Shown: positions 51,171-63,739, counted from the whole stretch's first letter. The stretch: 63,739 nt of DNA, filler included, from Choristocarpus tenellus KU-1152 (GCA_964200185.2; 8 parts of 8 records of this genome joined end to end with filler, not necessarily neighbours in it), one strand, 5' to 3'. Made by a program: numbers and translations. The notes: a model not told the origin generated them from the letters alone.

Positions 51171-53777
51171 TCCTCATTCCTCCTCTTGCACTCTTCCAAA
51201 AGGTCCAACCTTCCATTGAGTGTGAAGGAGGAACAATGATGGATACAGTGAAGGTTCTCGAATCCAAACGTCACTAAAATATTGTACTGGTACGTCAAAA
51301 AGGTCGAAAATTTCTTGATATTTGATATTCCAGTGTAAAATATCAAAAATACGTTACGAATATTTCATTTGATATTTGATCTTTGATATTGGCTTCAGAT
51401 TGGAAGTGAAAAACGATGGAACTTCACTCTTTCTATTCTCCATTCGCCACAACAGATTTATATTTGATATTGGAATATCAAATATAAAAAAAAACTGAAG
51501 TCAGTGCATGCGTTGTCTGGTATGACATGAGCAAGGCGAACATGAGCTAACAAAGAGAAACACACCATGTACCACTCTAATATACCCTCAAGTCCATCAC
51601 ATAGATGACCTCCATCCAAAAGAGATGGTAACGACACCACACAACAGGAGTAGGGTGCTGCGTTTATCTCCACTATCACTACGTTTTTCTGCTATCTACA
51701 CCTTCCACACTTCAGCACCAATAATTCATCTTCAATAGAACCCAGCACCACACAGTGTCATCAGCTACATTCCCAGAGAGATGATTGCCCTTGGCAGTAA
51801 CCGTGTTGCCATAGCCAACCAGAATGGGCTTTCGGATGCAGATGAAGTGGCGCAGGAATATGCTTGTTGTGTGCCTAATGTTACTGAACTCTCACAAACC
51901 TCCTCCATCTCCTTCGGCCACCATTTGAGAGGACCACCAAGCTCCTCCCACATCCACTGGTTGCATACCACGATGTACCTCCTCCTCCGAGTGGTATTGC
52001 AGTATATCCTTGTAGGTGATCTCCAAGAGTGTTCTATTGTAGGGACTTCACAGAGAGAAGTGGTTACGCAATGACTAATTCTTCTAATCTCTCAACCATG
52101 CATCATCTTTATGAACATCACATACTCAAATAGTCATTGTGACAACATACAACAGTTCAACTGATAAAGTTCATTCCATCCACGCATTCTTACACACTAC
52201 AGGTCCCTCACAACAGCAACAAAAAGTCTTTAGGTGTGAAGAAGACGGAAGAATCTTTTTCTTTGACTCTTTTTTTTTTAAGAATGTCGTATAACATCAA
52301 TAGAATTTTTTTTGGCGAACATCCTCAACAAATGTCAACTCACTCCGAAACAAACCTGAGTCTCATCACTATAACTGGGTGATGTGGAAAAAACAAACAA
52401 GTAACAATTTGAAGAGTTGCGCCATTTTCAACATCCCAACACTGTATCACAACAGTGACATGCACGTAAGCAAGGATCCCATCAAGAAAAACTGTAAACC
52501 TGCTTGTGAACCAAGGCAAACCACTGCACTTGCTGCTCTTCTCACATCATTAAATCTGTGGCCTAGTATTCAAGAAAAAGACTTTAGTCAAAGTGAAGAA
52601 TGGGTCCCAATATTACCTCTAGTTTCTTGCAAAAGAAGGGTCTGTCTCTGAAGCTCATTCCCCACATTTACAGTTACATGCCTTCTTTCAGAATAGAATA
52701 CATTCCTGTACACAGAAAAGGCCTCGATCACCATGAGGTGACGATTGCCTTATTCACTGGCCACCTAGACCTCAACTACCAAGTAGGGAGTAAGGAGAAC
52801 CAGCATTCACACAAACGCTGGCTTGGATCTTTAAAAAAGTAGTCCAAACTTTGGGAAGGAAAATACCAAGGGACACAGACAAAAAACACTATGAAAAGAA
52901 AAACATGTTATTTGACATATTGTCTAAGAATGTCACAAAATAGGCAGATCCTCACTAAAACATTAAAGGTACACATCACACAACTGAAAAAATAGGTTTT
53001 GCCTGCAGCATACACACAGTATGTTCTAGAGCCTGGCAAAAACACTAGCTGTAAACAACTCCATAGAGCAATAGCTGAGGGATGATATCGCAGAGTTTAC
53101 CTCTGTGGACCACCCCCCCCTCCTTCCCCTTTCTCCCAAAACCCTGCTTCCAATTTGAAAGGACAACATTCAACACTTGACTTAACAAAAACAATATATT
53201 TTGCTCCGCCACCAAAATGTGGAGTCAACTTGACAAACATCACGTATGGGACATATTAAAAGGAATGCAGCAAGAAAAAAAGAAGAATAAAGCCTTCAGG
53301 GTCACAATGATACAAAAAGGGAAAACCTTCCTGATAAAACACATGTACACTCTTTTCTACAGATAGGGCATTTTAAGAAGCCAACAACCAAAACACACCC
53401 CTCCTACCTAAGAATCCCCACAAGAACAGTTTCTTCTATCACAATAAAATGAAACAACCACATCACCTCCACATTGTCAATTTCCTTAAAAGTAAGACAA
53501 CACTGAAAGAACTGCCAGGAGATAAATCTACATGGACCAAATATCCCACTACAATTGTAAACAGAACATGCTCTTGAGCATGCAAGCAACTACACCTGTT
53601 GATATATTTCACATTTCATCATCCATTTATCCCGATGTGTACTGTACCTCAATGCAGTATACCCTCCCAGCACATAACACACTCACACACACACACACAC
53701 AAAATAGACAAAAAACTGAACAGTCAACAGCTCAGCTCAGCAACATCAGTCAACCCAAGAGACAACACTCCACAAAG

Positions 53778-53823
53778 GGACCATTGTTGAACCATTGTTG
53801 GACCATTGTTGGACCATTGTTGG
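53778..53823. repeat. 11-bp tandem repeat x4
   Basis: ggaccattgtt. Confidence 0.85.
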
Positions 53824-53895
53824 CAGGAGCTAACCATCCTCAAACCTCCACCCAAAGCTGAGTTGTCAAAGCAGGCACAGGAAAGAGTACCATAG

Positions 53896-53995
53896 NNNNN
53901 NNNNNNNNNNNNNNNNNNNNNNNNNNNNNNNNNNNNNNNTTAATTAATTAANNNNNNNNNNNNNNNNNNNNNNNNNNNNNNNNNNNNNNNNNNNN
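53896..53995. other. Artificial contig spacer
   Basis: N44-TTAATTAATTAA-N44. Confidence 0.97.
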
Positions 53996-54096
53996 GGGGG
54001 GGGTGGAGGTCAGGGGTGTGCCTTCCCCCTCTACCCCACCCCCAAGGGGCCCCCCGGGGTGGCCCCCCCCCCCCCCCCCCCCTAGATACTTTGAGC
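53996..54096. mobile_element. MITE family B-like 3' TIR after poly-C at contig start
   Basis: cccctagatactttgagc. Confidence 0.55.
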
Positions 54097-54099
54097 TGC

Positions 54100-56030
54100 T
54101 GTAGACAGAGTGCAAAGAAGTGGTTGTCATGAGAGGCACACTGGCCGAGCATGTAAGTGGATGATGGTGCACCTAGGAGAAAAAGAATGGACATCTTCAC
54201 CGCGTCCTTGTTTGAGGAACAGACACAAGCACAGTATAAATGGAGTGCAGTCCACACTCCTTCCTTGGTCCCTCTGGTTGTGTTGATCAGAGTGTGGATC
54301 CTGCAGCTCCCACCACCACTGCTTTCTACATGCTGGAAGATGCAATAGAGGGAATTCATTATGTTTATGCGCCAATATAGATAGCGAATAATATCTTGGC
54401 GTTTCCCTTTTTGGGTGGAAGGAAGTGGGTTGCAAAGGTAGCTTTTGTCAGAAGGACCGTTGCCCACTAATCCCACTTTTTCTGGTACCCTATGGGGGGC
54501 CTCACTGCACCGCTGGGGACATTGAGTGAGAACAAGAGTGTGGAAAGACCCAAAGTTAACAAGGGGTTCCCAGTTTTAGGGCTTTTTGCATTTCATGTCA
54601 GTTTTTCAATCTTTCGCAGTTCACCATATTTCTATGGATGAGATGCTAAGTTTGAGTTGAGAGCATTGATTTCTATATTGCTTGAAACTTTTCAACGCAA
54701 TTCAGAAAACATCCTACACGCATTTGCAAAAATGGACGAATTTTACACATGTTTGTCAGCATTCTTAAAACGCAACTCTGGGCACCTTTTGTTTTCCTTT
54801 ACTCAAAACATTCCCAGAATGCTCAGGAGCATCGGCCGTCAATGGTACCAGGTGCAAACCAAGCAAAATATCCCCAAGCAAACGCAAATGATACCATTAT
54901 TACTACAACATACATCCAGCATGAAAAAATGACGGAAAACTAATTAATAAAATTAATAATATATTCTTCATCTGGATTGTGCAGTTCATATATATAGCGA
55001 CTAGGTTCTGAGAAAAAAATCGCAAAAAAGTAGACAGAAAATATGGTTGAAGCAGGCTGCATGCTACATTACTACAGACACAAAAAACAGTAATCACAAA
55101 CACACGGCTCAGCAGCACACAAAACCTTTTTAGATCTTGTAATGCCGCTCACCATACTGTTGAGAAAGAAGAGCACCCCACTGACGCCTAGCTAGGTACA
55201 TGGCAAGAGTAGGCAAGCTATCAATCCCCCCCATTCTCCCTCCTCCACCCCAGCAGCTGCAAATGAAATAATTGTCTTTCCTCACGCTGTTCATCTCTTG
55301 TCTGTCCATCAACACGAACAACAGAGTTTTATTCCACTCCAAACAGGAAGTAATATAAATAATTACGAGATGTGATCACAACACAAACCTCTTGTTTCTG
55401 TACACTGTATGATGAAATACATGTAAGATGTTTGTAGATCTATCGCTCGACACGAAGCGGTAGATGTTGTAAGTATCGTCAGACAACCCCACCCCCCTCT
55501 TCCCTTCCACCTGTATTTCGGCATTTTTTTTCGGGGAATGTTGTTGAGGGGATGTTTGGCTCATAATGTGATTTGTTTTTACTTTTCTGTTAGGGCTCGG
55601 CATATGATGCCTTCATTCTTCAGGTTGAATTTTCTGTTGGCCACTTTGAAAGTCGAAGTTACGCCAAAAGTCAACTTTGGCACAGGCAGGCGCAGACACC
55701 CCCCTAGCACCTTCCCCTCCTGTGCTTTTCTTCCTGGTGCAGCTCAAGCACCAGCTCTGCTAGGTTGTGGAGCTTCTCCTCCTCTTCTTCCGCAGGTGCA
55801 TACCAGCACTGTAGTTGTTTAATGGGAAATGTTCTACTTCTCGTCATTTCCCCCCAGCTCAGCCCTCAAAGACTTACCGAGGGGCAACCCCCCTGCTGTT
55901 CCTTTCCTCCACAGGCCACTAAGGCACAGTGAGTACTGACCAGCAGAGCTTCCCCTCCTCTTTCCCCATGGTGCAGCCCCCCTCCTGTTACCTGCTCAAA
56001 GCATCACGCCCTGTAGTGTCCCATCCTGAC
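54100..56030 (-). pseudogene. Possible highly decayed non-LTR reverse transcriptase, interrupted
   Basis: Weak motif remnants AVQ*GPP*G (cf. GVQQGDPxG) and FLLGAP. Confidence 0.25.
54590..54800 (+). repeat. Dispersed repeat family C, subtype A, 5'-truncated
   Basis: ttcaatcttt..ttctatggatg..tgctaagtttga..attcagaaaa..tgtcagcat, as in 37795-37965. Confidence 0.7.
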
Positions 56031-57961
56031 TAGGAAGGCAGTAGATGCCCATTATGGTTGTTGCAAGTGTTTGAGACCCAGGAGTGTTTCAGAGGATAAT
56101 TACCCAACAGCGTTGTAACAACATGTTCGTCTGAGTGCGTGTAGTTCTCGAGACAGGTGTAAATAAGTTGATAAACCATTAAGGAATTATTGCAACGGGA
56201 TATGCAGGGACCGAGCACACGAGAGGATATTGTTGCAAGGGCACCCAGGAAAGAAATAAAGAAAGAAAGAAAGAACGTTTTCGCCATATGTTAACTCTAA
56301 GTAAGGCATGTTAAAATATTCCACACTGGACCCGCGGCTTTGGTGCTTTAACGAAGGACGGTGAGTAGCTTGGTGTAGATGTGCAATGTTAGTATTACAA
56401 AGGGGCTTGTGGTCTCAATTCCGTTCACTGAATAGGTGGGTGAGACAAGCCTGAACAATCATTACTATCCCTATGGTCGGGAGTTTGCAATCGTTACACT
56501 AATTTACTATGAATCACTTATTTACTTGGTCTTAAGTATGGTAATTGTATCTTGAACGTAACATTCAAATCAATGGACACTATGATGAGTCAGGACATTC
56601 GATATATGTCACTGGCTCTCCATCCTATTACATAATCCACCAGAGGTGTCTATAGTGTATCAGCAGCACTATCTACGAACAAGGCACAGATGATATGAAC
56701 ACAGAAATAAAAAACGGTCACACTCTGATCTTGATCCCTTAGATCCAGTAGCTCCAACCACAGAAATTTTCCACATGTCGAAATGTCTGGTGAAGGGAAG
56801 TCCTTACACTCACACACATAAACAGACCTTCAAGGAGACCCTCACGTCGTCCAGTTTGAGGGGTAGAAAGTAGTTTGCAAGAGCAATTTTTATCGGGATG
56901 GTTTCTACAAACCCACGTTGAGAGTGCCCTTCTTGCACTGGAAACAATGAGTACGAGCAGAGGGGCAAACAGTGCCAGACTGCTAATGAACATCAGTTGC
57001 CGAGGGTAATGAGTGAAAACCAAGCCAGATATCGCTAAGGAACACTCGTCTGCCTTGTGTGCGGCACCTGGTTAAAGCAAGGGCAAGTATCATACCTCCA
57101 AACGATGTCTGTACGTACGAAGTATCATAGTGGAACCCGATTTTTTTGCTTTTCTCTAACAAGTTGGGCTATGATGCGGATTCTATTCTGCCAAAGGTAA
57201 TCATACCAGGCAGGATGCACTCAGGGCACCAATCTCGTTTGGGGACCCGCCACAATATCGCATCTGGAAAACAAAAAATCTCGCCCTTGCACAACAAAAC
57301 ACCTTCCCTCTGATTCGGTATCGACTTCTTGAGCATAACCAAACAAGATAAAGGAACAATTAGTTAATCCACCTCGCCTGATACTGCACATAAACCTCAA
57401 ACAATATAGCACTCAACGCGACCAGTACCCTAAAATCTTCTGCTATGTACATAGCGTAACCGTTATCAATAACATCGTCGAAACAAAGCCTATGTTCTCT
57501 GTAACGTCTATAACCAAGATATCGTTCAAGGGTCAGTTACTCAATTTTATCAGTTTTTCACAATAATACCTTGAGTCCATTTGTTATACAAGGTCCAATG
57601 TTCAGCAAAAGATCGAGCCCACCTTGGTATCAGTTCGTAACACATATTTCTTCTTGTCCAGCAAACAAACGCCCTGGCCCATTTTCTCTATTTCAATAAT
57701 AGTAGCCATTTGCTCGGGACTGTGTATTGTTACTTGAATCGCCAATATATCATGTAATGATATATCACCACTACATTGCATACATTTTGTATGAACGCTC
57801 GTGGACGGAATACCTGTAACACTCACTATATCCAGAAACAAGAATTGGTATTAAGGCATGACTGAAACACAAGCACTCACACACACAAGCAATCACAAAG
57901 ATACCCAGGTGTGTTGTCAACCATCACGGCAATGGATTATGGACTACTCCGCACAACAAGA

Positions 57962-58229
57962 GAGTCAAAGTATCTTAGAGGGTAGAGCCGTGTCCATTTA
58001 GGGCCCAAAATCCAATGTTGATGCAATTTTGATGTCATTTTGGCTATCGTATTTGTTTATTAGGAAGTGTCAATATCCTTGTTCCGGACACACCTTTCCA
58101 TAATAACGTATACATTTGATCTACTACGGAACTCCGTAGTAGATAAAATGTCGCAAAAATATCCTTGGGAAGCCAAGCTCCAAACGGACAAACAGAGCAA
58201 GACTCGTACCCTTTAAGATACTTTCACTC
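57962..58229. mobile_element. MITE family A, copy 4
   Basis: Same TIRs; 3-bp TSD AGA. Confidence 0.92.
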
Positions 58230-59906
58230 AGACAAAAACACTTTCAGAAACGAAGCTCTATACAGAGAGACACGGGGATTCCTATGCAAAACACATTCAT
58301 ACATAAACATCAATGTACCAACTTGAATTGAACACAGTCTATGTAAGGTGGTGAGTTTTGTCATCACACCTTCCTCTCCCGGAAGTATTTCACATGAACA
58401 CACCCAAACCAGTGAGATAAATGCCCGATAGATGCCCGATAAATGCCTGACAAAGGTAACGACCAATGTAACAGGCAATTTTCCCAAATTCAAAGCGGTA
58501 CCATTTCGATACTCCTATTTACACCACTTCATTCCAAACCTACACAAAACCTATCACATAACAAGTGTAATACACACCCACAGAACAAATACTACTTGGT
58601 ATCCCCTGATGAAACCCCCATGTTCAATCTCTGTAATGTGAACCATATCAAAATGTTCCATGCACTCGTCTCCAAGCTCTCCACCACCTCATCTCCATAT
58701 ATCTCAATCCCAAACTGTCCTGCCACGAAACTATGTTGCGCCCACAAACCTACAGGCTCTGCTCCCAGTGGACATGAGCGGAATCCTTAGCTAGATCAAT
58801 ATGGGTGACAAGAACTACTCATTTTAATTTGCTATTGGGATGGATGATGTGTTTGAAGAATCCAACCCCAAAAGGACCTCGTAACACTCTCCGAGGAGGT
58901 TGCGGGCACTCTGGTCAAGTTTCTTAACCTCCTCCTTCGCCTGCAACAGCAAACAGGGGCAGCCAAAGGGGAGCTGATCAGGGAGATGTATGTGGCAAAC
59001 AGAAGCAAAGTCATCGCTTCCTCACTTCCAAGGATCAAAAACTGGTATTTTTTTTGGTGACAGCAAACTTGCAAATGTCGGTCAAAACCAGACATGTCCG
59101 CAACAAAAAACGAAACAAAAAAGCATAGTATCTTTCGAAAGACTTCCAAGAAGGCAAACGTTTTCTTCAATACAGAAGCATGTATGTATGTAGAAGGTAC
59201 TGACAAATTCCCCTCTTTTGTTCATGAAGCTAGAAGTAAAATCATTGTGTGTGAAGGGGTGGCTTGCTCTACACAGAAAAGATAGGGCTAGCAAGAAGCA
59301 TGGCAGTTCAAGTGCTTGCTTTTATTCATGATCGGGTACCATCCCCAAAAGCTCAAATGATACAATACCGATATTTTCGGTCACTTTCCTGATATTGATA
59401 TGATACCTTCTTAGAGCATCTCAATGTCAAGTTTCTTGAGCTTAATGGTTTGACAGAGCCTCATAGTGTACCCCCAACCGTTGTGACACGATACTCATCT
59501 CTGATTTCATACAACATTTGATACAACAAAGCCAAACCAGGGTCTACTGCAACTGCTGTGCAATACAGGAGGAAGCCGGTTGGGCGTTGGGCTGTTGGGA
59601 TAACATGAAGAAATAATAAATTGCGATGAACATTAATATAAACATGAAAACTTAAAACAGTAAAACCAAAACAGAATTTTTTCCCCTCTAGATATCATAC
59701 GATACAATATCACATAAAACCGATACATCAAACACCATCACTTCGATATTTAGGATCGAGATTCCTTCCCTTAGAAATCATGGTATCTGCTGCATCACCG
59801 AAAACACAACCTGATCATAAAAATTTCTACAGAGTAATCGATAAGTGGAGATGAGTAATACTTGACATAGAAGGGGCGACTTCCAGATCACAGTAGTGCT
59901 CAGTAC

Positions 59907-60740
59907 TTGTTCAAGGCATGGGAATCCAGCTCCATCTCGTGAATCAAAAGACAATCTTACCGTCCTGAGGCGCAGGTCAAGGATCCTGTTGGCAACCTCA
60001 TAAACTCTGGTGTCAGCATGGTCAAGACCACGCACTTTCTCCTTGGCCTCATCGCTCCACACCTGAAATAAGGCCATCAAAACAACACAGCACAAAGCAT
60101 TACATACACTGGTACCAAGACGAACCCTGTCAACATGTTAAGTCACTGGGTCAATTCCCCCCAAAGGAATATCGTTATTCATACCAACACAGTACGGTGG
60201 GTAGGCAAAGACTTTAAAAATCCAAAAATCGGGAGGTTGACCTTATTTTTTTTCTTTTACTCTGTGTGTAGCTCTCCCTCTCTCATTATCACCCCATCTA
60301 TACAACAGTCATGCCAACAGACCGTACCATCTATGTGTTCACCTTGGCCAGCATATGTTACTCTTTGTAGGTTGTGTGTGTGTGTATGTGTGTATCTCAA
60401 GGTGGTGCTGATGGGGGAATATCATGGCAACCACCTCCCCCCCTCCCTTCCTACGATACCTTCCTCTGGTGGTAGGGTTAGGGATTCAGAGGTGGTGCTA
60501 CAATTGAAGAGCCTTCGAATACAATGACGTTCAGCACTGGACATGGGACTTTCAGCAAGGATGCCAGTACTTTCTTGATCAACCAAATATTCCAAGCGGC
60601 AATCAACATCTAAAAGTGTGAAAATCCTTCTTACCACAGTGTTGGAGCAAAAAAAAAGTGTTTAGAGTGTCCCACAACTTCACGTTTCAAAAACATGTAC
60701 TAGGGCACTCTTATGCTCACACTTGCCAAGTATCGCTAAA

Positions 60741-60772
<32 letters not shown>

Positions 60773-61253
60773 CCAAAAACGTCCAAAACATAGAGCTCTA
60801 CATCTGTCAAAAAAAAAACGAGTGAAAGGCAACAATTAATTGGGTGCTACTTGAAATATATGTTGCGTTTTCGAGCTATGCTACAATTAGAAATTCACCT
60901 CTATTTGATAAACAAACAAAAAAACAGGGCAAGTGATGCTTGCAACAACCACTAGAAGTTCTTGAAACTTCTACAAATAGAGATCATGGTGTGCACAAAA
61001 CACTTGGGATACTTCCACCACAGACAACACAGGAAGACCTCTACTACAATCACACACACCGGCCCTTCCTAACCTAAATACTGACCGATATTGGTCGTGG
61101 GATCTTGAACCTGGACTTGGGTAACGTTTGGACGCCTTTTCTCAATTGCAGGAAGAGGAGACACACGCTCTCCTCCATCCTCTCCGTCACGCCCACCCAC
61201 ATGGCAGACTTCAGGCGGGCAATGGATGCATCGGCACTCCTGTTGAAAAAGTC
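59907..61253 (-). CDS. Sulfotransferase-like protein, internal exons (further exons probable toward 56200-57850)
   Basis: Exons 61086-61253 and 59907-60062: WVGVTERMEESVCLL...KVRGLDHADTRVYEVANRIL, resembling the C-terminal region of Golgi-type sulfotransferases. Confidence 0.7.
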
Positions 61254-61338
61254 CTGCACCCCAATCATGACAGCAAAAAAACGCCTAAATAAAATTTATC
61301 AACTACAACATCAGAGTTGGAGGCATGCCCATCTACAT

Positions 61339-63129
61339 CTCCCCCTGTTCAGAATTAAATGTAATATTACTTTCGCTAGGTCTGTTTTCAACCAGGAACA
61401 ACCCACAGGATAATCCCTCTGGACGAACCTTAGTTTCTCATATATATATATATATATATTGGGAGGCGTGCAAGGTCTGAGATAGATGGCAGGCCGTCAT
61501 GACCGTGGAGGACTACCAGTGCAAAAAAGTCGACCAAGTCACATTCGACAAGGTTCAAAAACCTGGTGAAACTGTCAAAGAGAGTGCTTGTTTGGGTGGC
61601 CTAGGACGAAAGCCCACAATCATTCAAGCGACCCACTCATCCCGCCATCACACATCGGCCCCAATTCTCCGAACCAGAAGTCTGCCTGAGGTTCAGACCC
61701 AAACACCCCGGCAAACAACAGTGTGGTGGTGTGATGCCTGGACGCAAGAGGGCGCGAGACTTGGACGGATGCCTTGGGGGATGGCGGCGGCCATAGCAGA
61801 GGACTTCAGAATTTTTCGAATCACTCTGTTCCATTATCTGAAGGAGTATGACAGCCAGATCACACAGGGTGAATGCATGGGACCTTCTACGAGATCACAA
61901 GGGGCAATGTAATCACCATACAAGCATCCTTGACATTTGGGATGTCCCATTGGTACACCAACACACATCCTTCTGCAAAAGGGTGAGCAAAGCTCGGGTC
62001 TCCCTTGACTCATTGTGGGATATGTGAAACCGTCCATGAGAAGGTTAATGAAGGTCAAGCGGTGGATTAAGCCAGTCCTCTCAGGCCAGCAGAAAGTCAA
62101 CAAGGCAAGTTCTGTAACCATCCACACGCACAGGAGGGGGGTGAGAGAGGTGTTAGTGGACGATCTAAATGACAGGGTGCATGTAGATGAGAAGTGCCCT
62201 TACACCCTTAAAAATATGGCCAAGGTGTTTGCCTGCGCCCCACCAAGGATCCCCTAAACCCCAATGGGCACAGGATAAGTGTTGCATTTCAAAGTTAATG
62301 TTCTTTGCAGCTGTGGCCTGTCCTAGGTATCTCCAACAGGGTGTGGTTCGATGGGGAAGTGAGGATCTGACCAATCATGGACACTAAGGCCACTCAGTGC
62401 TCCAGCAAACACCATCCCAACGGCACCGAGGTGCTTGTGCCAGCCATGATAGACGGGGAGAGGTATAAGAAGGTCATGATCAAGGATATCATCCTGGCAA
62501 TCAAGGCCCGCATGCCTAGGCCGGTAGGATACCCCATCTTCATAGTAGCAGGGTTGGGCAAAGCCACACACCAAGGGGGGAATCATGGCGGCAATTGAGG
62601 AGGTGGCAGGGGACGACATTGTCATAGAGACCCAGCTAGCCAACCCACCTGACCTCAACGTCAACAACCTAGGATTCTTTCATTCCATGCAGCCACTGAA
62701 GAAAGACATGGGGTTGACCAACACAGAGGAGGTGGTGGAGGCCACAACGGAGGCGTTTGATGTGTACCTCCGGGAGACACTAGAGCGCGTCTGGCAGAGC
62801 CTCCTCGAAGTCTATGGTGAAGTGATGGGGTCCAACGGTGACAAAGTCTTCAAAATTCCCCATCTTAGCAAGGAAAAGGCTGAGAAGGAGAGCAAGCTCC
62901 CCCCGAATGCCCCAGTAGATGTGGCGAAACACAGTGCTGGAATGGAATTTTGGAGGGCTTCGGGGGTGGAATCATAGATAGGTGTATGCTGCCCCATTTT
63001 GGTGAAGATATTGGTGGGCAACCTTATAGTTTCTGCGCAATAAACCCATAAAATATGAACATGTAAAAAAAAAAATCCTTCATCGGGCTACAAAAGTTGT
63101 ATGTTACATTTAATTCTGAGTGGAGGAAG
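61339..63129 (+). mobile_element. Tc1/mariner DD39D-type (plant mariner/Stowaway-related) transposon, TIR to TIR, with pseudogenised transposase (about 61499-62977)
   Basis: TIRs ctccccctgttcagaattaaatgtaa / ttacatttaattctgagtggaggaag followed by TA; VHVDEK, SKLMFFAAVACPR, SSKHHPNGT, QLANPPDLNVNNLGFF; frameshifts. Confidence 0.88.
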
Positions 63130-63337
63130 TAGTTCACTATTCTCAAACGAATCATTCATTCATTTAGATATGACAGTATGACAAATGCATGTACAACATT
63201 TTGATTACATAGTTTATGCACACACAAATATATATAGAATGGGGATAAAAAAAATTTACATGTGCAGCAGCCCAACTAACACCAACCCCAACATAATAGC
63301 ATACACAAAATAAGTACTAACATCCTTGTGCTGCTAT

Positions 63338-63440
63338 GATAGGAACAATAATAATGAAAAAATATTCTTATAGATTTAATAGGAACAATGAAAAAATATT
63401 CTTACATATATAATAGGAATAATAAATATATTCTTACAGA
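63338..63440. repeat. AT-rich tandem repeat x3
   Basis: ataggaacaat...aaaatattctta. Confidence 0.8.
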
Positions 63441-63508
63441 ATTGGACGAATCATAGGTGCAAATAACGGACACAATTCAATCAACTACTCATACATAAGA
63501 GTCAACAT

Positions 63509-63539
63509 CCTAACCCTAACCCTAACCCTAACCCTAACC
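63509..63539 (+). repeat. Interstitial telomere-type repeat (CCCTAA)n
   Basis: Direct reading. Confidence 0.9.
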
Positions 63540-63739
63540 ACATTATGTACTCCAATATACACGTGCAGACATCAGACCCATGCACAACAACCAAGAGCCA
63601 CCCAACGCATCAAGAACCCATACTTACATCTAACAATGACCTACCTACCTGTGCAAGAAAAAAAAGTCGGTTACACTTCAAAAAAAAAAAGCGAAAAGGA
63701 TGTGCGCATCGACTTCCTGCCCCCCCCCCCCACCACACC

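Noticed and set aside
51490-52100. Possible second Harbinger remnant (LLDGGH motif)
   Set aside because: Too decayed; no catalytic motif could be read reliably
4676-53995. Recurrent TTAATTAATTAA palindromes within N runs
   Set aside because: Identical 100-bp artificial spacers from contig concatenation, not biology
63509-63539. True chromosome end
   Set aside because: Only about five units, with unique sequence on both sides
1-63739. Fanzor/TnpB, IscB or other RNA-guided nuclease ORF
   Set aside because: I could not find RuvC I-III plus zinc-finger motifs in the ORF track or in the frames I translated; a profile search would be needed to exclude decayed copies

Overview
Eukaryotic, intron-rich nuclear DNA, most consistent with a stramenopile alga such as a brown alga. 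That assignment is inferred from gene content, spliceosomal introns and TTAGGG repeats. The window is eight contigs joined by seven artificial 100-bp spacers (N44-TTAATTAATTAA-N44), so adjacency across spacers has no biological meaning. Host genes: NF-YB, a mitochondrial-carrier-family protein with an N-terminal signal-like extension, a class-3 lipase, the 3' end of a UPF1/DNA2-type SF1 helicase, the 5' part of PER1/PGAP3, a sulfotransferase-like gene, several coiled-coil genes, a multi-exon gene with a PHD-like finger, and two identical elongator tRNA-Met genes. The rest is rich in mobile DNA: two related MITE families with 3-bp TSDs, a fold-back element, a TIR-bounded DD39D mariner, Harbinger, hAT, Copia and RLE-LINE remnants, and an unclassified ~240-bp dispersed repeat. 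I found no unambiguous new biological system. The best candidates are a MITE family whose internal hairpin shows compensatory substitutions between copies, the unclassified repeat family, and the PHD-like gene.
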